This document shows, one piece after another, positions 29,597 to 39,765 of a stretch of DNA of 64,000 nt. The stretch comes from Phycisphaeraceae bacterium (lineage in GTDB: Bacteria > Planctomycetota > Phycisphaerae > Phycisphaerales > Phycisphaeraceae), in assembly GCA_963674705.1 (NCBI GenBank), contig OY771506.1:5280001-5344000 (forward strand), in the 5' to 3' direction. The position numbers and the translations under genes are program-made. The notes below the pieces were generated by a model that saw only the letters and a list, made by a program, of their open reading frames with translations, was not told where the DNA came from and made no database searches. How positions within the stretch are numbered: position 1 is the stretch's first letter; each line of letters opens with the position of its first letter.

Positions 29597-31963
29597 TCAA
29601 ACCATCGTTAGCTGAACCATCTCCGGCCCGTTGTAGCTTCCCAACTTGCGGTAATAGAGCCCGGCCTCTTCAGCCGAATCACTTATCACCACACGTTTCA
29701 GGTTCACTTCCCCGATACGCCACGCGGCCACGCTGGAATTGACGAACCCACCCTTGCCCACAGTCAACTGCTCGATAGCACAACGTTTGGTTGATGTGCT
29801 GAGTACGGATGCCGGCGTATCAAACAGCGATCCTTCCGCCGCCAGAACAGTGCAGAAACGCATCGCATTTGCCCGGATCGTGCCGATCGATGAAGCAGCC
29901 TGCACATTCACATGCTTGAACTTTTTACCCACCTGCAACAGGGCCAGGCTTTCTTCGGCTGTGCTGTCCGTCAAGGAGAGTGTACCGCTGACGTAATCTT
30001 TCTTAATGATAATCTTCCCGGCACTGGACGCGGTCACATCAACATTCCATAAGTGGTCAACCGCCAATAACCGCAACGCTGTCGACAGATTGATATCACC
30101 ATTCACTTCATCGGCTTCGATTACCACACCGTTACTGAATCGCACACCCTCCATATGAATCGCACCGACCTTGTCGGCTCGGATCCGACGGATCACACCG
30201 TTGCCGGTCATTTCGATACCACCGACCAGGCTGCACCCACGTGCATCAAGTACACCCAGGGGAGTTGAGCCCTTGATGACACCCAGGATCGCCTGCCTGG
30301 TGTTGGTTTCATCTCCACGAACGGAGAAACGGAGCTTGCTCCTGCCGGAAGTGTCGACTAATTGGATATCATTAACATACGCAAAGCCGGTCACTTCGAT
30401 GGCATTGCCGACATCCCATACTTCAAAGCCCTCGCCACTTAGCTGTATCTCGGCACTGCCCCGCCCACTTAACGCGATGGTCGTTATCGCGTCTACTTCG
30501 TTGCGGAAGACAAGCTTCTTGCCGGCCGTTACCTCAACCACAGTGCGTGATTGGGCATTGATCGACTTCGCAGCCAACTCGCCGTTATTATCCATCGCAA
30601 CGACGACAACCCGCGAATCTTCCGCCAACGTGCGGTTTTTGCCCAGCCTAGAAAGGATGGAATACCCATCCGAACCGTCCGTGTCGACGCCCAGCAGGTC
30701 TTCGAGTACGCCATCGTAGTTTCGGTCATAGAAGAACATCACTTGTCTGACCGTCCCGTTCGAGTCGGTAACGCTATCGACGCTGATGCGTGTTTGCTCA
30801 CCCCGAACAAGTGAACCACCCTCGATCTGGATAGTCCCGATAGTCGGTGCGTTGTAGTACCTCCCCTCTTGAGTAGGAGGTGTCCCCGCGTTCCAGTTGC
30901 CCAGTTCGATATTCAAATCACTCAAGCCAACGTAGCCATCATAACCATACCCCGGGGTATAGCCGCCGTAGGGCACGTTGTTGTTCCACGCGGCTAACAC
31001 AATATCCAGGTCGGACGTATTCAGATTGCTTGCCTTGCCGGATGCCGAAAAGGACAATGCTGTATCGCTGACAAGCGTGTTGTCCGCGGCGTTCACATCA
31101 GCTCGCAAAGAATAGCCAACCGCTTTTACGATCACGTAACTGTTGAATGCGGAAAGCGAATCGGGCAGGTTTACTTCCAGATTGAGTTTGATCGACTCGC
31201 CCGGTTGCAGGTTCAAGTTGTGCTTGATTTTCGCAACCATGGTGTCATCGTCAGACCAGACTGATCCTTCGGAAAGATACACCCGTAGTTGGATGTTATT
31301 GGCGTTAAGTACCTCATTCCCCTGATTCGAGAGGATCACCGGGATCTTCACGCGTGTGCCGGTCTTGAAGCGTGCCGGCATCGATATGTCGCTGTATCGC
31401 AGAGTCAGATCGAAACCGGTTGCTGTCAGGCCGAACTGCATGTTCCGCATACCGGAGGTTGGTGAAATAGCAACCCCCTTGCCTTCACCGTCGGGCGTTG
31501 AGGCCATGTAACCATCGGGCATCAGAACGTGGATGTCGTATGTCCCGGTTGGCAGGCCACTAAACCGGAAGTAGCCGTCGCCGTCAGTCGTTGCGGTTTT
31601 TTCACCGGCATCTTGTTTGCCATTGCCATCAAGATCAGCAAAGAGGCTGACGCCTTGCAGCCTGTACTCGCTTGGGTCCAGCAAACCATCGCCATCATCA
31701 TCCAGAAAGACTTTGCCGGAAACGCTTGGCGCCATCACGGCTTCGGTTACATCTGGCAACAGCAGCGTATACGTCCCGTCTGCGCCGATGACCTTGTCGT
31801 AACTGTCCACAGGTGGCGGATCGATCAGCGAAACACCCGACAGCAGCACACGCTCTTCCAACGGCTCAAGGCCGGGATTGGGTGCGGCTGTTAGCGACTG
31901 CTTGTTTTGACCGTGGCCTGATCGTTTGGCCCGGCGAAAGAACCCGAAAGCTGGAATATGCAT
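29597..31963 (-). CDS. LEPRxLL extracellular protein, paralogue of 26807-29578
   Basis: LEPLEERVLLSG; SGKVFLDDDGDGLLDPSE; shares the TGxRVKIPVI and PYGGYTPG blocks. Confidence 0.8.
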   Translation of the reverse strand: MHIPAFGFFRRAKRSGHGQNKQSLTAAPNPGLEPLEERVLLSGVSLIDPPPVDSYDKVIGADGTYTLLLPDVTEAVMAPSVSGKVFLDDDGDGLLDPSEYRLQGVSLFADLDGNGKQDAGEKTATTDGDGYFRFSGLPTGTYDIHVLMPDGYMASTPDGEGKGVAISPTSGMRNMQFGLTATGFDLTLRYSDISMPARFKTGTRVKIPVILSNQGNEVLNANNIQLRVYLSEGSVWSDDDTMVAKIKHNLNLQPGESIKLNLEVNLPDSLSAFNSYVIVKAVGYSLRADVNAADNTLVSDTALSFSASGKASNLNTSDLDIVLAAWNNNVPYGGYTPGYGYDGYVGLSDLNIELGNWNAGTPPTQEGRYYNAPTIGTIQIEGGSLVRGEQTRISVDSVTDSNGTVRQVMFFYDRNYDGVLEDLLGVDTDGSDGYSILSRLGKNRTLAEDSRVVVVAMDNNGELAAKSINAQSRTVVEVTAGKKLVFRNEVDAITTIALSGRGSAEIQLSGEGFEVWDVGNAIEVTGFAYVNDIQLVDTSGRSKLRFSVRGDETNTRQAILGVIKGSTPLGVLDARGCSLVGGIEMTGNGVIRRIRADKVGAIHMEGVRFSNGVVIEADEVNGDINLSTALRLLAVDHLWNVDVTASSAGKIIIKKDYVSGTLSLTDSTAEESLALLQVGKKFKHVNVQAASSIGTIRANAMRFCTVLAAEGSLFDTPASVLSTSTKRCAIEQLTVGKGGFVNSSVAAWRIGEVNLKRVVISDSAEEAGLYYRKLGSYNGPEMVQLTMV

Positions 31964-32218
31964 AGAAGCTTCCCCCACGAAGCTGGATCGAGCGAAGTCA
32001 CTCAAATGAAGCGAAATTCAGATGCACGGCAGGATTAATCTACCACGGAGTCTGTTTTCCCGCAAGCCGTGTTACAGCAACCATTAACATAAAAATGACA
32101 CATCGCTTAAACTCTGCGATGTCCGCCCGGTTGGACGATCGGCGGCTCAGCGATATGATCGCCTGACTGAACGTGCCATAATCAATTGAATAACAGGCGG
32201 AATCACTACGGAAAACTC

Positions 32219-33418
32219 ATGAATATCCACGAATACCAGGCCCGTGAACTGCTGGCGAAGTTCGGCGTCCCCGTCCCCCCGGCGATCGTCGTCGACTCCG
32301 CTGCCGGTGCGGGTGAAGCCTACGAAGAATTGGAAAGCAAGCACAGCAACTCCATCGCGGTCGTGAAGGCTCAAGTGCATGCGGGTGGTCGCGGCAAGGG
32401 CGGCGGCGTCAAGCTCGTTCGCTCCTGTGATGAAGCACGCAGCGCCGCTGAGGCGATCCTCAGTAAGCCGTTGGTCACCCCACAGACCACCGCGGAAGGC
32501 GTCACCGTCCATAAGCTGCTGGTCGCGGCAGGCGTCGATATCAAGAAAGAGTTCTACCTGGGGATCGCGGTCGATCGCGCAGCGGGCAATCCGGTGCTGA
32601 TCGCATCCACCGAAGGCGGCGTGGAGATCGAAAAAGTCGCGGCAGAGACGCCCGACAAGATCCTGCGCGAGCCGATCGACCCGACGGCGGGCCTGCTCAG
32701 CTACCAGGCGCGTAAGGTCGCGTTCCTCTTGGGCTTCACCGGCAAACAGGTCGGCCAGGCTGCGAAAGTCATGACCAACCTCGTCAAGCTCTTCCTGGCC
32801 ACCGACGCCAGCCTCGCGGAGATCAATCCGCTTGTGCTGACTGCTGCGGATGATGAGAATCCCGACGGCCAGGTGCTCGCCATCGACGCCAAGATCAACT
32901 TTGATGACAACGCCCTGTTCCGCCACCAGGACATCGCGGATATGGCCGACCCGAACGAGGAGAACGAGGACGAGGCACATGCCAACGAGTTCGGGCTGAC
33001 CTACATCAAGCTGGACGGCAACATCGGCTGCCTGGTTAATGGTGCCGGGCTCGCGATGGCAACCATGGACATCATCAAACTGCACGGCCAGGAACCGGCC
33101 AACTTCCTCGACGTCGGCGGTTCGGCGTCCGAAGAAGCCGTCACCGAAGCCTTCCGCATCATCCTCGCCGACGATAATGTCAAAGGCGTTCTGGTCAACA
33201 TCTTCGGCGGGATCGCCAAGTGTGACACCATCGCCAACGCCATCGTCACCGCCGCGAAGGAAGTCGGCTTCAAGGTCCCGCTGGTCGTCCGCCTTGAAGG
33301 CACGAACGTCGAACCAGCCCGAAAGATCCTCGAACAAGCGAAGGCCGACATCCCCACGATGATCGTGGGTAGCGATTTAACCGATGCGGCGAAGAAGATA
33401 ACTCAAGCTGTCGCTTGA
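32219..33418 (+). CDS. sucC: Succinate-CoA ligase (ADP-forming) beta subunit
   Basis: [33 protein letters not shown] and NIFGGI. Confidence 0.97.
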   Translation: MNIHEYQARELLAKFGVPVPPAIVVDSAAGAGEAYEELESKHSNSIAVVKAQVHAGGRGKGGGVKLVRSCDEARSAAEAILSKPLVTPQTTAEGVTVHKLLVAAGVDIKKEFYLGIAVDRAAGNPVLIASTEGGVEIEKVAAETPDKILREPIDPTAGLLSYQARKVAFLLGFTGKQVGQAAKVMTNLVKLFLATDASLAEINPLVLTAADDENPDGQVLAIDAKINFDDNALFRHQDIADMADPNEENEDEAHANEFGLTYIKLDGNIGCLVNGAGLAMATMDIIKLHGQEPANFLDVGGSASEEAVTEAFRIILADDNVKGVLVNIFGGIAKCDTIANAIVTAAKEVGFKVPLVVRLEGTNVEPARKILEQAKADIPTMIVGSDLTDAAKKITQAVA

Positions 33419-33420
33419 TA

Positions 33421-33519
33421 AGGGTGTAGGGTTTAGGGTGTAGCAAACCCGAAGATGCCGTAAACCACACCCCATTGAATGTCTTTACCCTACACCCGAC
33501 ACCCTATACCCCACACCCT
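33421..33519. repeat. Inverted pair of heptamer tandem repeats
   Basis: agggtgt agggttt agggtgt facing accctac acccgac accctat accccac. Confidence 0.7.
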
Positions 33520-33524
33520 GCCAT

Positions 33525-33725
33525 ATGAAAATCGAACCCTTCCTTGCCGAACTCAACCGTATGCGTCAGGACCTTGATGAGGACCCGACGGACATCGAAT
33601 GGCTGACACTGCATCATGTCTTCTGCTTCATCAGCTACAAGATGGGCGACTTCCAGGCTTATCTGGATGAGGCCGAAGCGAGCGGCGCGTTTGATGAATT
33701 TAAAGAAGCGAATGAAGACGACTGA
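33525..33725 (+). CDS. Small acidic hypothetical protein
   Basis: 66 aa with ATG start and GC3-biased codons. Confidence 0.65.
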   Translation: MKIEPFLAELNRMRQDLDEDPTDIEWLTLHHVFCFISYKMGDFQAYLDEAEASGAFDEFKEANEDD

Positions 33726-33813
33726 CTTCTGACGCCGGCATATCCTGCGTACGGTTTTACCCTGCGCGATCCTTGCCAACATTTTCCATACTTCCGGATC
33801 AGCGTGCCGGCGC

Positions 33814-34260
33814 TTACGTCTCATGCCACAAAATATAGATGACAACGGGATCTTGCTGATCATAATCGATGGTTATGACTAATGCCTTGGCATTAGGCAA
33901 CCAAACGGTACCGCTCTTGAACGATTTGATGGTGGAGGGTTTGAACCAACCCAGATCGTCGTTGTCAAAGGTTTCGATGCGCTTCATCTGCAGGTCCTCA
34001 TCTTTGAATGGCGAGGCCGCAAGAAAGGCATCAACGTCTTTGGCCGGGATTTCGACCTTGGCGTACATCTCATCATCCAGGAAGTTATCGTTGTACTGAA
34101 AACCGATGTAGTGGGTAGAAGCAGGGAAGTTCAAGGTGGTCAATTGTGCCAGGACCGCCTGCTGCTGAACGGTGACGAGGGCCGGCGGTTTAGAACGTGA
34201 ACAGGACACCAGGACAGTTAAAGCCAGTAGCGTGGTGAGTGTAATAACAAGGTGTTTCAT
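33814..34260 (-). CDS. Hypothetical lipoprotein
   Basis: MKHLVITLTTLLALTVLVSC lipobox. Confidence 0.7.
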   Translation of the reverse strand: MKHLVITLTTLLALTVLVSCSRSKPPALVTVQQQAVLAQLTTLNFPASTHYIGFQYNDNFLDDEMYAKVEIPAKDVDAFLAASPFKDEDLQMKRIETFDNDDLGWFKPSTIKSFKSGTVWLPNAKALVITIDYDQQDPVVIYILWHET

Positions 34261-34442
34261 GGTAACTTGATTGTACCGGTGGTTTGACTGTTGGGCTTTA
34301 TACACCGGATTCAATCTAGCGTTTCTTCTGTTCTGTCGGTCAGCTAATTACATTCTCGCTAAGCTGCGAGCGGCTACGGAGTAAGTCGTCGGGTAGGATA
34401 TGAGGGGGGGGGCGTTTGTGGGCCGGAGGCCGGGAGTCTTTT

Positions 34443-35141
34443 ATGGGATATTACACATATGAAGATCGACGCCAGGTCATTCGGTACCTCTTTTATGCCG
34501 TCTTCCTGCTGATCCTCTGGGGCTTGCTGGTTGCTGATGTGATGTACTTGCTTGGCATGTGGGACGGCTCACCACTGATGTATGCAATCACGATGTATTA
34601 CCTGGCGGTGGTGACGTTTTGTCTGGGACCTGTGTTTATTTATGAAGTTCGCCTCTGGCGTAATGCACAACGTAAAAGAGCGGAATTGCTCAAACGACAG
34701 GATGGCTACCGGCGGGTTGCCATCGTCTGCTACGGTTGTGGCTGGCGGCGCATCATTGGGTACTCGGGGCAACTCGGCAATAGCCGGGCGCTGATCCATC
34801 TGAAACCTGCCAAAAGTGCGTGCAATGTGCTTTCCGCGGTCGTGCTGAAGGTGCCCGCCGATCAGCCCATTGAGAAACAGTTGAGCGAACACCCCTACTT
34901 CCGTGACATCGGTCGAGATGCGCATGAGATCGGGCTCATACGAGTACTGCGCTCATATCGTCACATGCTTCGGCACAAGCCTTGCCCAAGATGCAAGCGT
35001 GAAGGCGAGATGCAGCTCGAAGCCTGGTCCGTTTATCCGGATGACGACATGAAAGACCTGGTTCGCCACCGTTCCTGGCCCGTGATTAATCTGATTTCAG
35101 ATCATGAAGCAGCAAGGAAGAAGGGACATACGCACCGGTGA
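34443..35141 (+). CDS. Hypothetical membrane protein, 2 TM plus split CxxC/CxxC
   Basis: Two hydrophobic helices; CYGC and CPRC; GGGAG RBS. Confidence 0.6.
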   Translation: MGYYTYEDRRQVIRYLFYAVFLLILWGLLVADVMYLLGMWDGSPLMYAITMYYLAVVTFCLGPVFIYEVRLWRNAQRKRAELLKRQDGYRRVAIVCYGCGWRRIIGYSGQLGNSRALIHLKPAKSACNVLSAVVLKVPADQPIEKQLSEHPYFRDIGRDAHEIGLIRVLRSYRHMLRHKPCPRCKREGEMQLEAWSVYPDDDMKDLVRHRSWPVINLISDHEAARKKGHTHR

Positions 35142-35764
35142 AACACTTCCTGACAATACTGCTGATCGTAAATGGATTGCTGCTGCCTTGCGGTTGTTTG
35201 TCGGGGCTGACACTGGTCGGATTCGCATTCGATATGTCCATCAAGTTGGGTTTCATCACCGACATCCACATCACGAATGACACACAGCAGCCGATCAAGA
35301 TCACGCCGATCGGCACGGTTGGCAGCCAAGGTGACCGTAGCCCGTTGCACGATATCCACCGCAAGCAGCCCACGTACGACAGTCAAACCCGCGGCAGCTT
35401 CGAGATTCTGCCGGGCGATAGCATCGAACTTTTCTACGACTGGGATGACATCAACTTCTCCGAAATCGTGATCGAAGATCAGGCGGGAAGCTTGTCGCAA
35501 CTCGTTGTTGATCCGACACCCACCCAGGAGCAGTACCATCCGCCAACCCCGAACACGTTCACAATCGATAACCAGTCACCCTTGGTTCCCGTCTCCCTGA
35601 ATGTGTTGGCTGCATACCACGAGGCACAACATCCTCCGCATTTAGTGTGGTATGTCTACGTATTGTTCCTGCCGTGGATTACATTCGCGATATTGTTGTG
35701 GATGAGGTTGAGGGTTGTGAAGCGGGGTAAGGTGAAGGAAATGCCTAATGCAGCTGAAAATTAA
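35138..35764 (+). CDS. Hypothetical membrane protein
   Basis: N- and C-terminal TM segments; GTGA overlap with the upstream gene. Confidence 0.6.
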   Translation: MKHFLTILLIVNGLLLPCGCLSGLTLVGFAFDMSIKLGFITDIHITNDTQQPIKITPIGTVGSQGDRSPLHDIHRKQPTYDSQTRGSFEILPGDSIELFYDWDDINFSEIVIEDQAGSLSQLVVDPTPTQEQYHPPTPNTFTIDNQSPLVPVSLNVLAAYHEAQHPPHLVWYVYVLFLPWITFAILLWMRLRVVKRGKVKEMPNAAEN

Positions 35765-37088
35765 TAATGCGATTGCCGGTTTATTAATATCGAACTGGGC
35801 AGCACCTGATCCAGTACGCTTTGCCCTTCGGGTCAAAGTATGGCACACGGCTGTGTTCTTATGCACATTACTTATAGGGATTCCCGCCATGGCGCAGGAC
35901 GCAACACCCAACCTGGTTGAAAAGATCCTCGCAGATCATCCGCAGAAGTTTGCCCGGTTCACGCAAGACCCAGCGAAGTACAGGTTGCAGATTCTGCTAT
36001 CGGTAGTGAACAAGGATGATGCGGGTAAGCCCGTGCTTGAGCGGTATGGTTACCGCCTCGAGGCGGAGTATTTCTATCCCGCCAGTTCGATCAAGACATA
36101 CGGCGCTGCGGCCGCGTTGATCAAGCTCCGTGAACTGCGCGAGCAGACGGGGTTGCCGATCCGCCATGACACACCGATGGTGATCCATCCGCTGTTTGAT
36201 GACGAACAGTTGCAGGATGAAGATCCGTCCAATATCAAGACCGGCAAGATGACGATCGAGCATGAGGTCCGCAAGACGCTGCTTGTTTCCAGCAATTCGG
36301 CGTACAACCACCTGTTTGAATTCGTCGGACATCAGAAGCTGCATGATGTGTTGAAGGAAGCGGGTCTGCCGCAGACGCGATTAAATCATCGGGTGGAGGA
36401 GACCAGGTCGCCGGAGGATAACCGCCGATCGCCGCGCATCGACTTCGTGCTGGAAGACGGGCGTATCTACACGGTTCCGCAGCGCACGAGCACACTGATC
36501 ACGGACAACACGGGCCTGAAAGGACTGGACATCGGCAAGGTCTACATGAGCGGCGGCAAACGTATCGAAAAGCCGTTGAACTTCCTGCATAAGAACCACA
36601 GCTCGCTGGAAGACCTTCAGAACTTCCTGATCCTGATTACCGATCCCGACCTCGCCTTTGAACTGACGCACCCGGTCGACGGAGGGGCATTCAGCTCTCA
36701 CATCCCCGGGCTCAATCTCTCGGATGAAGATCGCGAGATCCTGATGGATGCGCTTTCGCAGCACCCGCATGAATCAAAGAATCCTGTTTACACTGAGCAA
36801 GATATTACCGAAGCCAACGGCTATCCGCTCTTCCAGTGGGGGCTTGAAAGGCTTTATCCACGCAAAGACCTGCTGCTCTACGCCAAGGGCGGCACCGCCT
36901 ACGGCTTCAAGATCGAGAATGCCGCAGTGATCCACAAACCCACCGGCCGAACCTTCTTCCTTGCAGCCACGATCTATTGCAATCCCAACGAAACACTCAA
37001 CGACGATGATTACGACTACGACACGGCCAGGGCTTTTCTGGCAGATCTGGGGGAAGCGGTCGCGCAGGAATTATGGTTTGACCGCTAG
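35748..37088 (+). CDS. Secreted serine hydrolase, class A beta-lactamase-like fold
   Basis: YPASSIK (SxxK), SSN (SxN) and KGG. The start codon is uncertain. Confidence 0.8.
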   Translation: MQLKINNAIAGLLISNWAAPDPVRFALRVKVWHTAVFLCTLLIGIPAMAQDATPNLVEKILADHPQKFARFTQDPAKYRLQILLSVVNKDDAGKPVLERYGYRLEAEYFYPASSIKTYGAAAALIKLRELREQTGLPIRHDTPMVIHPLFDDEQLQDEDPSNIKTGKMTIEHEVRKTLLVSSNSAYNHLFEFVGHQKLHDVLKEAGLPQTRLNHRVEETRSPEDNRRSPRIDFVLEDGRIYTVPQRTSTLITDNTGLKGLDIGKVYMSGGKRIEKPLNFLHKNHSSLEDLQNFLILITDPDLAFELTHPVDGGAFSSHIPGLNLSDEDREILMDALSQHPHESKNPVYTEQDITEANGYPLFQWGLERLYPRKDLLLYAKGGTAYGFKIENAAVIHKPTGRTFFLAATIYCNPNETLNDDDYDYDTARAFLADLGEAVAQELWFDR

Positions 37089-37111
37089 CACTGCAAACTT
37101 GGGAAACATAC

Positions 37112-37813
37112 ATGGCTGGTGACAACATTGATCCTTTGTTTATTTACTCATCATTGTGTGAAGAGCTTAGCCTGCTGATGAATTTACTGGCTCAACATGG
37201 TGAACACTGCTGGCATTCTCAACTCAGGGAGTCGATGCATCTTGTACGCAAGAAAGATATTCGTGGCCTGGATAAGCTTCTTAGTCTCTATGGCGGAATG
37301 GGTAGCTTGAATGATCTTGTGGTTAGAGCCACGAATCAACATGATCAAGAAACCCTGACTAATGAAGTGGGTACAAGACTGGCTCGAGTCTATGGATTAG
37401 CAACTCAACTGCAGAGAGATCATCGCACATTGAAGGATTGGACACCATCGAAGTATCGCTATGAGTGGGAGCGTCCCATCTTCTTCGAAGGCATCGAATT
37501 ACCCGGTTCTGCCATAGAAATAGACGTCTTAGGTATGTACGGTCACCTTCCGGAGATGTCGGAAGAAGCAAGCCTGTGGCTCTGGCATTTTACAATCTGT
37601 GTGGGGGTGGAGAAGAGCGATGAGTCGGCAAAGATCATCCCACTGGTCCGTGAGGTACTTGGATTAGTAACGGCCAACCGCTCGCGCTTACTTAATCGCC
37701 TAAAGCAGACTGATGGGCAAACATTGGACGAATGGATACTGACCCTGAACACCATACTCGAAGTCGCTGGCCGACAACCGTACTGCACATGGACAGCACC
37801 GATTGAATACTGA
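37112..37813 (+). CDS. Hypothetical protein with DUF6966-like N-terminus
   Basis: LYGGMGSLNDLV motif; more AT-rich than its neighbours. Confidence 0.6.
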   Translation: MAGDNIDPLFIYSSLCEELSLLMNLLAQHGEHCWHSQLRESMHLVRKKDIRGLDKLLSLYGGMGSLNDLVVRATNQHDQETLTNEVGTRLARVYGLATQLQRDHRTLKDWTPSKYRYEWERPIFFEGIELPGSAIEIDVLGMYGHLPEMSEEASLWLWHFTICVGVEKSDESAKIIPLVREVLGLVTANRSRLLNRLKQTDGQTLDEWILTLNTILEVAGRQPYCTWTAPIEY

Positions 37814-38036
37814 TTGAAAAAGAAGCGACCACTTCTGTGAACACTCTTCGCAATTCTTCATGACAGCCATCGGAAATCGGCGGCTGATTGCCTTTTTCTT
37901 CCACTGCCTTGAACCAGAATATCATAGCGAAGCACCCAAGGTCTGACGCTGGATAGAAGGTTGGACTGAATCTGCACGATTGTCCATTGAACATATAACA
38001 AAGGTGGTTACTCACAGATAGCATCCGACCACCCAA

Positions 38037-38738
38037 TCACGGAGCGGTATAGATCAGCCAGAGACCGCCAAGAATGACCAGTATGCCGCAGACGCGCCGC
38101 AGCCAGGCGACCGCTCCGTTCTGCTGGTTCCAGTCGAGGTAGCGCTGCACCCAGCCGCTGGCTGAACCGGCGACGATGATGACCGAGCAGTGGCCGATGC
38201 CGTACAGCAGCAGCAATGAGCCGGCGAAGATCGGCCGGTCTGCGCCGACGTTGAATGTCACGCCCAGCACAGGGGCCATATAGGCGAATGTGCATGGTCC
38301 CAGCGCGATGCCGAAGATCAGACCGAGCAGTAGCGCCGCAAGCAACCCCTTACGTTTAACCGAAACATTGCCGGGCCCCGACCAGGGCATCGGGATCACA
38401 TCCAACAGGTGCAGACCTACAACAAAGAAGATGACGGCCACCGCGTAATACGCCCAGCCCCCCACGTCCCCGGCGATACGGCCCGCTGCCGCGGTGATCG
38501 CGCCCAATAATGCGATTGTGATGAGGATGCCTAACGAGAACAGGCTCGCTAACAAAAATGCCCTCGCTACCGTTACCTTGCCCTGCCCGTTGACGAACCC
38601 GACCACGAGCGGGATGCTTGCCAGGTGACACGGGCTTAGCAGGATGCTCAGCACACCCCAGATGAATGCCGCCAGCAGCGCCAGGCCGACCGACGCCGAC
38701 ATGGCGGTATTGAGTTGCTCAAAAAGATATTGAATCAC
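38037..38738 (-). CDS. ccdA: CcdA/DsbD-type transmembrane electron transporter
   Basis: LSPCHL...LGPCTF redox cysteines; about 6 TM helices. Confidence 0.85.
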   Translation of the reverse strand: MIQYLFEQLNTAMSASVGLALLAAFIWGVLSILLSPCHLASIPLVVGFVNGQGKVTVARAFLLASLFSLGILITIALLGAITAAAGRIAGDVGGWAYYAVAVIFFVVGLHLLDVIPMPWSGPGNVSVKRKGLLAALLLGLIFGIALGPCTFAYMAPVLGVTFNVGADRPIFAGSLLLLYGIGHCSVIIVAGSASGWVQRYLDWNQQNGAVAWLRRVCGILVILGGLWLIYTAP

Positions 38739-38901
38739 GTCCCGGTCTCCGTGTTGGATACCATCACAGGTATTTATGCTTTAGCTTGAGCCAAGGATTC
38801 ATGCGTCACTTCAAATCCAAATCGTTCATTAAGTTTGCTGGAAGACTCCGACACGGTGAAGAGCCTGCGGCCCGACGTTGGACTTGCCTTACATCTTCCA
38901 C

Positions 38902-39669
38902 TTAATTCGCGGGATTCAATCGATACGGGATCAGCATGGGTACCCGACGCTGATAGTCACGGTATGCCTGGCCAAATACAGCAACGAGATCTCGCTCCTC
39001 GAGCACGGTGCCGACGACAATCCAGCCTGTCCAAGAAGTATTGAACAGCAACCTGTCTGCGGTCAGATCCGGATAAGACCAGATCATCAACAGGCTCAAG
39101 AAGTACAGTGGATGGCGGACCCAACGAAACGGCCCACTCACCGTAAACGGACATGCCGGGGATACGGCGCCTCGGAGGCGATCAAGAATCGGCCTTAATC
39201 CAAACGCATCAAACGAGCCGAGTGTAAGCATGCTCCAGATAAATCCGGCGATAGCGAGAAAGTAGATCGCCCGCAGCGACCACCGGAGTGCCCCCTCAGG
39301 CGCATACAGGACTAAAGCCGATTCCTGCCAGAAAACCAGGAGCAGCATGAGGACAACTCCCGAAGCGATTGTGTAGATAGCCCCCTCATATTGAGGCTGG
39401 ATCAGTTTCGCCGACCACTGTCTATATGACCGCCGTATCATGCCGCTGTGCTGTAGGAAAAAAGCAAGACAAAGCAGTGTATCCAGCATAAGTAGCAATG
39501 GCTCGCCGAGGTTAAGATCAATCAGACCGAGCGGACCAATGAAAAGGAATACCGCAAAGAACATAAGCAGCGACATCGAACCGATCAGCCATGCAATAAT
39601 CACCAGAGCATACGCAACGATGCGCGAGCTTTGTGGATCGTGGTCTGATGGGTGGTCTTGTAACATCAT
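38902..39669 (-). CDS. ICMT/MddA-like membrane methyltransferase
   Basis: FFLQHSGMIR, GPFRWVRHPLY, LEERDL and YRDYQRRVPMLIP. Confidence 0.75.
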   Translation of the reverse strand: MMLQDHPSDHDPQSSRIVAYALVIIAWLIGSMSLLMFFAVFLFIGPLGLIDLNLGEPLLLMLDTLLCLAFFLQHSGMIRRSYRQWSAKLIQPQYEGAIYTIASGVVLMLLLVFWQESALVLYAPEGALRWSLRAIYFLAIAGFIWSMLTLGSFDAFGLRPILDRLRGAVSPACPFTVSGPFRWVRHPLYFLSLLMIWSYPDLTADRLLFNTSWTGWIVVGTVLEERDLVAVFGQAYRDYQRRVPMLIPYRLNPAN

Positions 39670-39765
39670 CCTTTTCGTCTTGTCTACCCGCTACGCATAT
39701 CCAACATGTGTAGTGATGCGGTGCCTAACCATAAGGGCCGGCTTTGAGGAATTAAGATGACCGGA

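Noticed and set aside
32147..33337. 396-aa antisense ORF
   Set aside because: Shadow of sucC caused by high GC3 codon bias.
35748..37088. Antibiotic-resistance beta-lactamase
   Set aside because: Only fold-level SxxK/SxN/KxG motifs are present. It is much longer than class A enzymes and its activity cannot be inferred.
33800..37900. Integron cassette array
   Set aside because: No attC-like sites or integrase were seen, and the genes are in mixed orientation.
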